A stretch of 64,000 nucleotides of DNA from Pseudomonadota bacterium (GTDB taxonomy: Bacteria > Myxococcota > JACRCW01 > JAFGSX01): the NCBI GenBank assembly GCA_043821645.1, contig JBDRCO010000003.1:128001-192000 (forward strand), written 5' to 3'. Every line of letters starts with the position of its first letter. Positions within the stretch are counted from its first letter, which is position 1. Shown in pieces: positions 8,148-18,559 of this stretch. The notes below the pieces were generated by a model, which was not told the DNA's origin, did not search any database, and saw only the letters and a list, made by a program, of their open reading frames with translations. Made by a program: the position numbers and the translations under genes.

Positions 8148-9461
8148 CTGTCCTCGCTGCGAGCGAGGTCGGCCGGCGGGCCCGGAGTGTGAGAATCGGA
8201 TGGCGCTGCGGGCAAGGGCGCCAGCTTCTCGATGACCGCCGAGCCGACCAGATCTCCCCACACGTTGACCGTGGTGCGCAGCATGTCGAGCAGGCGATCC
8301 ACGGCGAGGATGAGACCGATGCCATCGAGGGGGAGACCCACGGCAGTGAGGACCATGGCCATGGTCACGGTCCCGGCACTCGGGATGGCTGCGGCGCCAA
8401 TGGCAGCCAGGGTCGCGGTCAGGAACACGATGACCTGCTCCAGTGGCCCGAGGTGGATGCCATAGACCTGGGCGATGAACACCGCGGCCACGGCCTCGTA
8501 CAGGGCGGTCCCATCCATGTTGATGGTGGCGCCCAGGGGCAGCACGAAGCTGGCCACCCGTCCGTCGACGCCGGCGCGCTCTTGCACCACCTCCAGGCTC
8601 ACCGGCAGCGTAGCGGCCGATGACGAGGTGCCAAGGGCCACGGCCAGGGCAGGGCGCACCGCCGCGGCGAAGTGCCAGGGGTGGCGGCGGCCGAGCAGCA
8701 TGAGTACGGTGGGCAACACCACCGCGCCGTGGATCAGCAGCCCCGCCACCACGACCAGGCTGTAGGCCGCGAGCAAGCGCAAGGCCTGCACACCGCCCCT
8801 GGCCAGGGCATCTGCGAGTAGGGCCATCACACCCAGCGGTGCGATCCACATGACGAGGTGAACGAGCTGCATCACCGCGTCGTTGAGGGTTCGAAAGACC
8901 TCGAGGGTGCGCTCACCAGCAGGTCCAAGGGTCGTCAGTGCCCCTCCCAGCAGCAAGGCGAACAAGATCACGGCCAGCACGTTTCCCTGGGCTGCCGCCG
9001 CGAAGGGGGTTCTGCAGCATGTTGCGCAGTTGGGCGCGGGCAAACTCGCCCCAGCTCGTGGGACGCGCCGCGATGTCGGCCACCCGCTGGCGATGGCTGG
9101 CCGCGGTCTCGGCTCCCTGCACGTCCTCCAGGGCCTGACCGAGCGCCGGAGCATCGGGACCCCGCTGTCCGGGTTTCACGGCATTGACCAGGGCCAGACC
9201 CAGCAGCACCGCCAGCAGTGTGGTGGACAGGTAGTAGACGACGCTGGTCACACCCAGCCGTCCCATGCGCCGAACGTCGCCCACCGCCGCCACTCCGCAC
9301 ACCATCGAGGTGAGGACCAGGGGGATGATCAGCATCATCAGGCCCAGCTTGAACAGGTCGCCGAACACGCTCAGGTAAGGGGCCACGCCCGGCGCAAGCA
9401 GGCCGAGGGTGGTGCCCGCGAGCACGGCGACGAGGATCCAGCTGGTGAGGGAGAGTCGCAT
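8144..9461 (-). pseudogene. Dicarboxylate/amino acid:cation symporter (DAACS) split by a +1 frameshift at 9005-9009 (pseudogene, sequencing error or slippage site)
   Basis: N-half MRLSLTSWILVAV...LRNMLQNP is in one frame; C-half FAAAAQGNVLAVILF...GTSSSAATLP...GATINMDGTALY...DRLLDMLRTTVNVWGD is in another. Deleting one C from the C5 run gives one 438-aa ORF with the NPF...GNVL motif restored. Confidence 0.85.
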
Positions 9462-9600
9462 GCCTGCAGGGTATTCGCCTGTCGTCGTCAGCTCAATGCT
9501 TGTGAGCGCCCGGATCTGCATGCTAATGTCCCGGAACTTCTCCCTTCGCGCGTGGCAGGGAACACGCGCCCGCTGGAGCCGGATGCGTCAGAGGTCTTGC

Positions 9601-11187
9601 ATGAATCGATTGGCGATTCTCGCCGTTGCGCAGCTGCTCGCCACGGTGGCAGGGGCGGCACCCGTCATCACGGAGATCTACTACAACCCGCCGGGCACCT
9701 CCGAGGCAGCCTTTGAGTGGATCGAGGTCTACAACCCGGGACCGGGGGACCTGGACATCTCGGGCATGGTGGTCGAGTCCCGCGGTGCCGCAAGCCCTCG
9801 ACTGGCCACGGTTCCGGCGGCGACGCCCGCTCTCGCCCAGGGGGACTACGCGGTGCTTGCTGGCAGCAGCTTGCTCGGCGTCAATTGCCGCACCGCCGCA
9901 CGCAGCATCGTCTTGACGGGTTCCTTCTCGCTCAACAACACGAATGACACCGGCCCGGACAACCCGCGCATCGCTCTGTTTCCAGCCGGGACCACGGACG
10001 TCGTCAGTACCACCCCCCTGGACCTCGTGGCCTATCGCGAAGGCGGCTTCCCCACGGCGGATGACGGGGTGTCGCTGATGCTCGTCGACGTGGGCGCCGA
10101 CAACTACCTGAGTTCCAGCTGGAGCGCGTCCCCGGGTCTTGGCTCGGGTTGCCTCGCTTATGCAACCAACACCTCGGGGAGCTTGTACGGCAGCCCCGGG
10201 CGCGCCAACGACTGGTGCTACCGCGGAGCCGGGGTGGATGCCGGGACCAGCGAGGACGCGGCCATCGAAGACGCTGCAATCGAGGATGGCTCCATCGTTA
10301 CCGACGCCGGCACGCCGGCCGCCGAGCCCGTGTGCCTGACCAGTGGCTTCGACGCCGGCATCGCCGACAGCGCTGTGGCCTCGGACAGCGCGGTGATCAT
10401 CGACGCGACCCAGGCCGACAGCTTCGGTCTCGACGCGGGCCTCATCGACCTTGGCCCGCAGAACCCTCCCACCATCGTGCTCAGCCAGCCCGCCAGCGCC
10501 GCCACGGTCAACCCCACGGTCGACATCGTCTACGCGGCGAGCGATCCCGATGGTGATGCCCTAAGCGTGGCGCTGTTCTATGCCGTCGACGACAGCGGGT
10601 ACGACGGCGTACTCATCGCCGGTAGTCTCGAGGCTCAGGGCACTTACACCTGGCGACCGACGGCTGTGCCCGAGGGCACCTACAGGGTCTTCGGACGCGC
10701 CACGGATGCGCGCGGGGGCCTGGCCTTTGCCTATGCTGCCGGCCCCGTGACCGTTCCCCCAGCCGCTGTTCAGGCCCCCCAGCTCACCCTGGTCTCCCCC
10801 ACGGGCAACGAGGGGGAGGTGAGTGGACTGGTGGACATCGCGTTCACGCACAATGACATCCCCGGCACCATCGATCTGTTCTTCGACACCGACAACCGAG
10901 GTTATGACGGCGTGGCCATCCTGGGTGGCATCGCTGTTCCGGGAGGTCCCACGCGCGTGCAGTGGGATACCAGCGAGGTGCCCGCCGGGAGCTACTTCGT
11001 ACATGGTCGCTACCAGACAGCTACCGGGGTCGCGACGGCGTACAGCCCGGGTTCGGTGACCGTGATCCACCCACAAGAAGGGTGCCAGTGCCGCGGGGTT
11101 GCGGCGCCGGCCGGAGCTGCGACCGGATTCCTGACTCTGACAACACTGTTCCTGTTGAGGCGACGTCGTCCAGCGACGTGGCGGTGA
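9601..11187 (+). CDS. Secreted lamin-tail-domain protein with two Ig-like modules and a MYXO-CTERM-like anchor
   Basis: Signal peptide; LTD motif VITEIYYNP...EWIEVYN; duplicated LF(Y/F)..D..GYDGV.I...W....VP.G.Y module; C-terminal GCQC, hydrophobic stretch and RRRR. Confidence 0.8.
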   Translation: MNRLAILAVAQLLATVAGAAPVITEIYYNPPGTSEAAFEWIEVYNPGPGDLDISGMVVESRGAASPRLATVPAATPALAQGDYAVLAGSSLLGVNCRTAARSIVLTGSFSLNNTNDTGPDNPRIALFPAGTTDVVSTTPLDLVAYREGGFPTADDGVSLMLVDVGADNYLSSSWSASPGLGSGCLAYATNTSGSLYGSPGRANDWCYRGAGVDAGTSEDAAIEDAAIEDGSIVTDAGTPAAEPVCLTSGFDAGIADSAVASDSAVIIDATQADSFGLDAGLIDLGPQNPPTIVLSQPASAATVNPTVDIVYAASDPDGDALSVALFYAVDDSGYDGVLIAGSLEAQGTYTWRPTAVPEGTYRVFGRATDARGGLAFAYAAGPVTVPPAAVQAPQLTLVSPTGNEGEVSGLVDIAFTHNDIPGTIDLFFDTDNRGYDGVAILGGIAVPGGPTRVQWDTSEVPAGSYFVHGRYQTATGVATAYSPGSVTVIHPQEGCQCRGVAAPAGAATGFLTLTTLFLLRRRRPATWR

Positions 11188-11193
11188 GGCTTC

Positions 11194-11925
<732 letters not shown>

Positions 11926-11983
11926 GTCTGCTCCGGCGCGACGGGGCGCGCCTGAACGACGGGGGAGCGGGTGGAAAAGAGGG

Positions 11984-12865
11984 ATGACGAAGCTGCGCAA
12001 GAGCAAGACGGCGGTGACCGTGATCAGCAAGATCGCGGAGCGCACGACCGCCGGCGATGCGTGCCTGATCGTCATCTACGGTGAGGATCTCGGCCGCAAG
12101 TACTCCTTAGGTCAGGGCCAGATCAGCATCGGGCGCTCGGCGCGCTGCGACGTCCAGATCGACCAGGAAGCCATCTCCCGCCAGCATGCCAAGATCGTGG
12201 CGGCCTTCGGCGAGACCGTGATCTCCGATCTGGGCTCGACCAATGGCAGCTACGTCAACGACGAACTCATCGACCAGGCCACGCTTCAGGATGGCGACCT
12301 GGTCAAGATCGGCCGCACGATCTTCAAGTACCTGTCCGGCAGCAACATCGAGCAGTCCTACCACGAGGAGATCTACCGCCTCACCACCATCGATGGTCTG
12401 ACCCAGGTCCACAACAAGCGCTACTTGATGGAGCAGCTGGAGCGCGAGATTTCCCGGGCCCGGCGCTACCAGCGACCCTTCGCGCTGGTGGTGTTCGATG
12501 TGGACAATTTTGCCCAGGTCAACCACGGCTTCGGTCACCTGGCCGGAGACGCCGTGCTTGCCCAGCTTGCTCGCATGGTGAACCAGAGCTCGCGCCGCCA
12601 TGACATCGTGGCGCGCATCGAGGCCGAGCAGTTTGCGGTGGCCCTGCCCGAGATCGACCTCAAGGCCGCGCGCATCTTTGCCGAGCGCGTCCGTTCCATG
12701 GTCCATCGCTCGACCTTCACCTTCGAAGAGGCGGCCATTCGCGTGACCCTGAGCATGGGTGTGGCGGCCATGGGGGAGGAGACGGGACCCAGCGAGCTGA
12801 TGTCCGCGGTGAACGAGAACCTGTCGCTTGCAAAGACACGCGGCGGCAATTGCGTGAGCGGCTGA
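11984..12865 (+). CDS. FHA domain plus degenerate GGDEF domain protein
   Basis: FHA (IGRS, SRQH, STNG); GGDEF fold (DGLTQVHN, FDVDNF, GHLAGD), but the signature reads EAEQF. Confidence 0.88.
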   Translation: MTKLRKSKTAVTVISKIAERTTAGDACLIVIYGEDLGRKYSLGQGQISIGRSARCDVQIDQEAISRQHAKIVAAFGETVISDLGSTNGSYVNDELIDQATLQDGDLVKIGRTIFKYLSGSNIEQSYHEEIYRLTTIDGLTQVHNKRYLMEQLEREISRARRYQRPFALVVFDVDNFAQVNHGFGHLAGDAVLAQLARMVNQSSRRHDIVARIEAEQFAVALPEIDLKAARIFAERVRSMVHRSTFTFEEAAIRVTLSMGVAAMGEETGPSELMSAVNENLSLAKTRGGNCVSG

Positions 12866-12869
12866 GCGG

Positions 12870-13655
12870 GTGCGGCGCCTCCCGCTCCACGCCTTGCTGG
12901 CGCTTCTCATCTTCGCGGCGGCCCTGCTCGAGGGCTGTCGGACCACCCCGGACGCATCGCCTGTCGGCCCCGAACTCCCGGTTGAAGGCACCTCCCTCGC
13001 CGTCGACGACCGCTTTCCACCCGCGGCCGATGTCGAGCGCCTGATCGCTTCGTATCGTGGCGAGGTCGAGGCGGAGATGCTGGTCGCGGTGGCCACGGCT
13101 CCGGTGGCGATCACGCGCGGCCGGCCTGAAGGCACCCTGGGTAACCTCATCGCGGATTCCATCCGCACCGCGGCCGAGCGCAACACCGGCCAGCCCGTCG
13201 ACCTGGCGTTCAGCAATGCGGGGGGAGTCCGCAACGACATTCCTGCAGGAAAAGTCACGGTCGGTACATTGTTCGAGGTGATGCCCTTTGATAACAGCAT
13301 CGTCGTGTTCGAGCTGAGCGGCGAGGATCTGCAGCGCACGCTCGATTCCCTGGCCGCCCGGGGCGGCGATCCCATGTCCGGCGCGCGCTACCTGCTCAAG
13401 GATGGGCGGGCCCAGGACCTGACCATTGGCGGCCGCCCCATCAATCCCAAAGGGCGCTACCGCGTCGCGACCAACGACTACGTGTTCGACGGTGGCGGGC
13501 GCATCGCCGGTCTGGATCGCGCCACGCGCGTGGTGCGCACGGGGGTGCTGCTCCGGGACGCTCTCATCGATCAGGTGCGGGAGCTGTCTCGCGGCGACGG
13601 CACGCTGCAGCTATCCGTCGACGGCCGCATCCGCGTCGCCGGGGAGGAACGATGA
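12870..13655 (+). CDS. 5'-nucleotidase C-terminal (substrate-binding) domain lipoprotein
   Basis: Lipobox-like LEGC; LGNLIADS, NAGGVR, EVMPFDN and YRVATNDY motifs. Confidence 0.88.
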   Translation: MRRLPLHALLALLIFAAALLEGCRTTPDASPVGPELPVEGTSLAVDDRFPPAADVERLIASYRGEVEAEMLVAVATAPVAITRGRPEGTLGNLIADSIRTAAERNTGQPVDLAFSNAGGVRNDIPAGKVTVGTLFEVMPFDNSIVVFELSGEDLQRTLDSLAARGGDPMSGARYLLKDGRAQDLTIGGRPINPKGRYRVATNDYVFDGGGRIAGLDRATRVVRTGVLLRDALIDQVRELSRGDGTLQLSVDGRIRVAGEER

Positions 13656-14593
13656 CCCTCGGGCGACGACGGTTCCTGCACGGGCTTGCCGCAGGTGCGG
13701 GATCCGTGGTGGCAGGCCCCCTGATCCGGGTGGCCAGGGCCAGCGAGCCCGTGGTCGGCACGGTCACCTTGCTGCACACGAACGACACCCATTCGCGCAT
13801 CGACCCCTTTCCCGAAGGCTCCGGTCGCCATGCCAACCGGGGTGGCGTGGCCAGACGCACCAGCCTGATCCGAAGAGTGCGCGAGGTGTGGCCCGAGACC
13901 CTGGTGCTCGACGGCGGTGATTTCTTTCAGGGCACTCCGTACTTCAACCGGTTCAAGGGTGAGATCGAGGTCAAGACACTGCAGGCCATGGGCTACGACG
14001 CGGTCTGCATCGGCAACCACGACTTCGATCTCGGCGTCGAGGGGCTGGTCGCCGCGATGAAGCACGGGCGCTTTCCTCTGCTCAACGCCAACTACGAGAT
14101 CCAGAACCCGGCCCTGAGGCCCCTGGTCAAGCCCTACATCGTGAAGCAGCTCGGCGCGGTTCGAGTCGGGGTTTTTGGCCTGGGTGTCGCCCTCGATGGC
14201 CTCGTCAACCCCAAGCAGTGCCAGGGTGTGAGCTATCGAGATCCGGTGGCTGCGGCACGGGCCGCCGTCGAGGAACTGCGCGTGGACCACGGTGCGCACA
14301 TGGTCGTCGCCGTGTCGCACCTGGGCTTCAACGGCGTGCTGGGCGAGCCGGGAGACCAGGACTGGCCACGCGAGGTCAAGGGCGTGGACTACGTCGTGGG
14401 AGGGCATACCCATACCTTCCTCGACGCACCTCGCGGCGTGCGCTACGGCCGCGGTGGCTGGGAGACCCTGGTCATGCAGGTGGGCTTCGCAGGCATCAAT
14501 GTGGGGCGCGCAGACTTCGACATCAGCGCAGGTACACCCCGGCTGCGTTACGCTGGCGTGGTCGGCGTGGGTGGTCCAGCCGTCCTAGCCTGA
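13652..14593 (+). CDS. 5'-nucleotidase N-terminal metallophosphatase domain, Tat-exported
   Basis: Twin-arginine GRRRFL; HTNDTH, DGGD, GNHDFD, SHLG, GGHTH; ATGA overlap with the previous gene. Confidence 0.9.
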   Translation: MTLGRRRFLHGLAAGAGSVVAGPLIRVARASEPVVGTVTLLHTNDTHSRIDPFPEGSGRHANRGGVARRTSLIRRVREVWPETLVLDGGDFFQGTPYFNRFKGEIEVKTLQAMGYDAVCIGNHDFDLGVEGLVAAMKHGRFPLLNANYEIQNPALRPLVKPYIVKQLGAVRVGVFGLGVALDGLVNPKQCQGVSYRDPVAAARAAVEELRVDHGAHMVVAVSHLGFNGVLGEPGDQDWPREVKGVDYVVGGHTHTFLDAPRGVRYGRGGWETLVMQVGFAGINVGRADFDISAGTPRLRYAGVVGVGGPAVLA

Positions 14594-14638
14594 GCGCTGC
14601 ATCGGGCGCGAACTCGAACACCGTCGCGGTGGGATCGT

Positions 14639-15853
14639 TCAGGGGACACGCGTAGCCGGGGCGACACCGCCTCCGAAGCCGCTGCGGGCGATCATCTGTG
14701 CCAGCTTCTCGGGCGTCATGGCGCCCTTGTGCAGCGTGCCGTTGATCTCGTAGAAGGGCGTGCCCGTGGCCTGGTAGGCGACCCCGCGGGCGACGTCAGC
14801 ACGCAGATGCGCCAGGACGCGCGCGCCGCCAACGCAGGTGTCGAAGCGTGGTCTATCCAGGCTGAGTTCGTCGACCAGCCTGTCGATGGTGGACTCGCCG
14901 AGCTGCTTTTGCAGCATGAACAGGCGGTCGTTCATCTCCCAGAACTTGCCCTGCTCGCCGGCGCATTCCGCGGCTTCGGCGGCCAGGCAGGCATAGCGGT
15001 GAAAGGGTCGATCAAGTTCCTCGTTGCAGGCCATGTCGAGGGGATAGTGGCGGTGTACCAGGCGCAGGCGGTCTGGCTGGGCCAGCACGGCCTCGCGCAC
15101 GACATCATGGCTGCGGGCACAATAGGGACACTCGTAGTCGCTGAACTCGACGATGGTCACCGCCGGATTGGAGGCACCGATCCAGTGCGCGCCGTCCTCG
15201 AGCTGCCCGGTTCCAAGGTTGCCTGCACCCCCGTGGCCCGCCGACGCGGTCTTCCAGTAGGGAGGGAGGAAGATCAGCAGCAGCGCACTGACGAGGACGA
15301 AGGCGCCGGCAGCGACCGCTGTGGCCCGTGCCCGCTGCGCCAGCACGCGCAGGTCCGACACCACGCTTCCGACGACACCCGGGCCGTGCCCGACCGTCGC
15401 CACCAGACCAAGCCCGAGAAGGGCGGCGTTCACGGCGTAGGTACCGACACAATAGGGACAGATCTTCTCGAGCACGAACACGGAGATGGCAGCGTTGTAG
15501 ACAGACACCAGGGTGAACAGGGCGCCCAGGCCGACCAGCGCACCCCTGGGCCAACCCGACCGTGGTGCCGCGATCCCGCCGCTGACGACGACACCCAGCA
15601 GCACCAGGTAGCCCAGCAGACCCCACAGCGCCACCGGAAGGCCCAGGGATACCGCGTAGGGGCTCATCTCGACGAAGGAGCAGCTCACGGTCTGGTTGAA
15701 GTCGCAGCCCGGCGCGTAGCTCGCGTCCGTGTACAGCTTGTAGTGGACCCAGGCCAGGTGTGTGCTCAGCCCGGACCCCACCAGAGCCAGCAGCCCTGCC
15801 AGCAGGAGCAGGACACGCGGACGCCGGGTTGTATCGGCCGGTTCACTGGACAT
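14639..15853 (-). CDS. VKOR-DsbA (thioredoxin-fold) fusion protein
   Basis: VKOR loop Cys pair (GCDFNQTVSC), TM helices and ICPYC, then DsbA EFSDYECPYC...RHYPL...GTP. Confidence 0.9.
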   Translation of the reverse strand: MSSEPADTTRRPRVLLLLAGLLALVGSGLSTHLAWVHYKLYTDASYAPGCDFNQTVSCSFVEMSPYAVSLGLPVALWGLLGYLVLLGVVVSGGIAAPRSGWPRGALVGLGALFTLVSVYNAAISVFVLEKICPYCVGTYAVNAALLGLGLVATVGHGPGVVGSVVSDLRVLAQRARATAVAAGAFVLVSALLLIFLPPYWKTASAGHGGAGNLGTGQLEDGAHWIGASNPAVTIVEFSDYECPYCARSHDVVREAVLAQPDRLRLVHRHYPLDMACNEELDRPFHRYACLAAEAAECAGEQGKFWEMNDRLFMLQKQLGESTIDRLVDELSLDRPRFDTCVGGARVLAHLRADVARGVAYQATGTPFYEINGTLHKGAMTPEKLAQMIARSGFGGGVAPATRVP

Positions 15854-15934
15854 GGGCACTCTCCCGCACCGGGGCAGCGAGAACGCGCTCACTGTAACGA
15901 GAGCCTCGACGCGACCAAAGAGAAAAGTGCAGCG

Positions 15935-18559
15935 TCAGCGTCGACGTCGATGCAGGCCAAGCAACAGGCCCAGCAGGGCCAGGCTACCAGGATGCCGAGC
16001 AGAGCTGCGGCAGTCGCAACCGTCCCGCGGTTCGGGCGTGGGTGGCGGTGGCCCGGGCTTGTCCGGGCAGGCCTCGATGCCGTGCGGTGGGCTCAGGTCG
16101 CATTGCTCGCTATCGGACACACTCGATGGCATGGCGGCGCAGGCCGCGGGTTCCGGTCGTGAGGGGTCTGGCAGCACGTCGAGGTCGCCGTCGCAGGCCG
16201 ACGCCAGTTCGGCGTCGATCGTGGCGCGGGCACGCACGTTGGTGATGGTCGCGGTGCCGCCGCCGTTGATGAAGGCGACGAAGTAAGTGGCACCGCAGGC
16301 CTCGTCGACGGTGACGACCACGGGCTGCACCTGCGACGGTTGCCCTATTCCACCTCCGGTGCGCGTCACTGGCAGGCGCTCATCTGCATCGTGGGTCACG
16401 GCACCAGCGCTACGCTGGTAACGGATGGGGCTGCCGCGCTTGAGCAGGACCTCGAACGCGGGCGTGCTGCCGAAGAAAGCGTCGGTGCCCCCCGAGCCCT
16501 CGGCCCAGGTCAGGGTCAGGTCCGTGCTGCCCTTGGGCAGGTCCACGCGAAGCTGCGTCTGGGACGGGGCCTCGTTGACACCGATGTCGCCGCTACCGGA
16601 GACGTAGAGCAGGTTCACGGGCTTGGACACCGAGGCTCCGCTCGCGTCGACGGCGAGCACCTGCAGCACGCGCTCGCAGCCGAGCATGCCCCGGCGCTCG
16701 AACACACAATGAGCGATCTGGTAGGCGCCGCTTTCCCGTCCGTAGGCCTGGGCCAGGGCCAGGGCTGTGGCCTCGGAGGCCTGGTCGTAGGTGGCGTCGG
16801 GGGGCAGCCCCATCAGGCCATCGAACACGGCGGCATCGAAGCGATCGCGATCGCAGGTCTCCCCCACGAACACATTGCGCAGCTCCCATAGTGCGCCGCT
16901 CCAGGGCCAGGAGTCGTCATGGACCTCCCCGGTCAGATCATCCGGACAAATGCGATCATTGTCCGCGTCCCGGATGCCGCCTTCCTCTCCGGCGACGTGA
17001 CCGCCGTATTCGCCCGTCACCGAATCGTTGGACAGGCTCGCGGCGAAGTAGTCCGCGTAGCCCTCGTTGAGGGAGCCCGGTGACATCAGGGAGCCCTGCT
17101 CGTCGAGGGTAGCAAAGACCAGATCCGTGGTGGATCCGATCACCGCGTGAGTCATCTCGTGGTAGACGATGTCGCCGTCGTAGCCAAAGTCCCTGTCGTC
17201 GCCCTGGAACATCACCACCGAGTCGTAGTCGCGATCGAAGATGTCGATGGGCAGGGGTTGGGTGCCCGGGGTCGAGGCGGGGATGTAGGCGGCATTGGCG
17301 ATGCGCATGTAGTCGTTGATGACCACGGGGTTGTCCGCGGCACCGCGGCCCTGGCCCAGGGGCCAGGGTGCGATCTGGGTGTATGCCTGCTCGAAGTCCG
17401 GCACCACCAAATTGGCAGTCAGGTGAAAGGGGGCCGCCGGGGCCTGGGGCGTGCCACCGTGGGCGCGCAGCTGCAGGTCGGGGTTGCCCACCTGCCGCAG
17501 GTACGAGAACAGGTTCTGGGCATTGAAGTAGATCGCGGGCTCGGCAAAGGGGTCCTCGAGGGCGTCGTCGTAGTTGGCGGCGCCCGGCGCGGGATCCACC
17601 GGATCGAACAGAAAGTAGCCGTCGCTGGCCCGGGCCTTGGGGTGCTCGGAGCAGCTCACGATGTCGTAGTAGATGGGGTCCGCTCCGAAGCCGATGGGGT
17701 TGCTGATATTGCCCTGAACTCGGCTGTCCGGCCCGTCGGGGTCGCAGTCCACCTGGCGGCAGCAATTGAAGGTCTGAAAGTAGGATCCGCGCAGGTAGCC
17801 GTCGTCGTCTGGCGTCGCGAAGGGCAACAAGGTCTGTTGGGCGTCACCGTCGTTGAGCTCGGCCCCTGGCGTCGGCGTGAACACCCGGGCGCAGGCGAAG
17901 TCCGCGGCGAGGCGAACGCGGTTGGTCTCGCGCAAGGCGCGGCCGTCGCGGGCATCGATGATCAGCTCGGGGCGCTGCAAGGGATGCAGACTGCGGGGGT
18001 AGACCACGAACACCGGCCGCAGGCGAATCCCGTCGTCAAACCAGGCGTGGGCCACGGTTCCGGGATTCCGCTCCACCGAGGGGTCGGCGATCACCAGAGC
18101 GTGCGTGTGCCGCACCGCTGCCAGGAGTGCGCCTCGCGCATCCAGGAGCCAGCGCGCATCGACCGCGGTCACCGGCAGGTGCGCGCTCACGCGATCGAGC
18201 TGACCTCTCTCGTCGACGTGGACCAGGACTTGCCGGTCGAGCACAGGGACACCCTGTACCGCGAGCGCGAAGGGGACCCAGGTCCCGAGCCGCGTGCGGC
18301 GTTCGGGGCCCGGAATCAGCTCCAGCTCCCGCAGCCCCAGGGGCAGACGTTCTGCCTCGAGGTAGGCTTGCGCCGTGCGGGTGGCTGTGTCGAGGATGAG
18401 GCCAGGCTCCGTCACGGATCGGGTGAATCGATGACCGGTGGCGACCAGGGTATCCACAGGCCCCTGGCGCGTCGACGAGGGCGGCGGTTCCCCGAGCACG
18501 TTTCGGCTGTCATGTGCAGACTGTGCTACCAAGGCGACGAGGGCGAATTCGATCCACAT
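15935..18559 (-). CDS. Secreted M36/M4-type zinc metallopeptidase with a MYXO-CTERM-like anchor
   Basis: Signal peptide, propeptide region, YHEMTH (HExxH), SLNEGYADYF, GEVHDDS..WSGALW; C-terminal GCDC, hydrophobic stretch and RRRR. Confidence 0.85.
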   Translation of the reverse strand: MWIEFALVALVAQSAHDSRNVLGEPPPSSTRQGPVDTLVATGHRFTRSVTEPGLILDTATRTAQAYLEAERLPLGLRELELIPGPERRTRLGTWVPFALAVQGVPVLDRQVLVHVDERGQLDRVSAHLPVTAVDARWLLDARGALLAAVRHTHALVIADPSVERNPGTVAHAWFDDGIRLRPVFVVYPRSLHPLQRPELIIDARDGRALRETNRVRLAADFACARVFTPTPGAELNDGDAQQTLLPFATPDDDGYLRGSYFQTFNCCRQVDCDPDGPDSRVQGNISNPIGFGADPIYYDIVSCSEHPKARASDGYFLFDPVDPAPGAANYDDALEDPFAEPAIYFNAQNLFSYLRQVGNPDLQLRAHGGTPQAPAAPFHLTANLVVPDFEQAYTQIAPWPLGQGRGAADNPVVINDYMRIANAAYIPASTPGTQPLPIDIFDRDYDSVVMFQGDDRDFGYDGDIVYHEMTHAVIGSTTDLVFATLDEQGSLMSPGSLNEGYADYFAASLSNDSVTGEYGGHVAGEEGGIRDADNDRICPDDLTGEVHDDSWPWSGALWELRNVFVGETCDRDRFDAAVFDGLMGLPPDATYDQASEATALALAQAYGRESGAYQIAHCVFERRGMLGCERVLQVLAVDASGASVSKPVNLLYVSGSGDIGVNEAPSQTQLRVDLPKGSTDLTLTWAEGSGGTDAFFGSTPAFEVLLKRGSPIRYQRSAGAVTHDADERLPVTRTGGGIGQPSQVQPVVVTVDEACGATYFVAFINGGGTATITNVRARATIDAELASACDGDLDVLPDPSRPEPAACAAMPSSVSDSEQCDLSPPHGIEACPDKPGPPPPTPEPRDGCDCRSSARHPGSLALLGLLLGLHRRRR

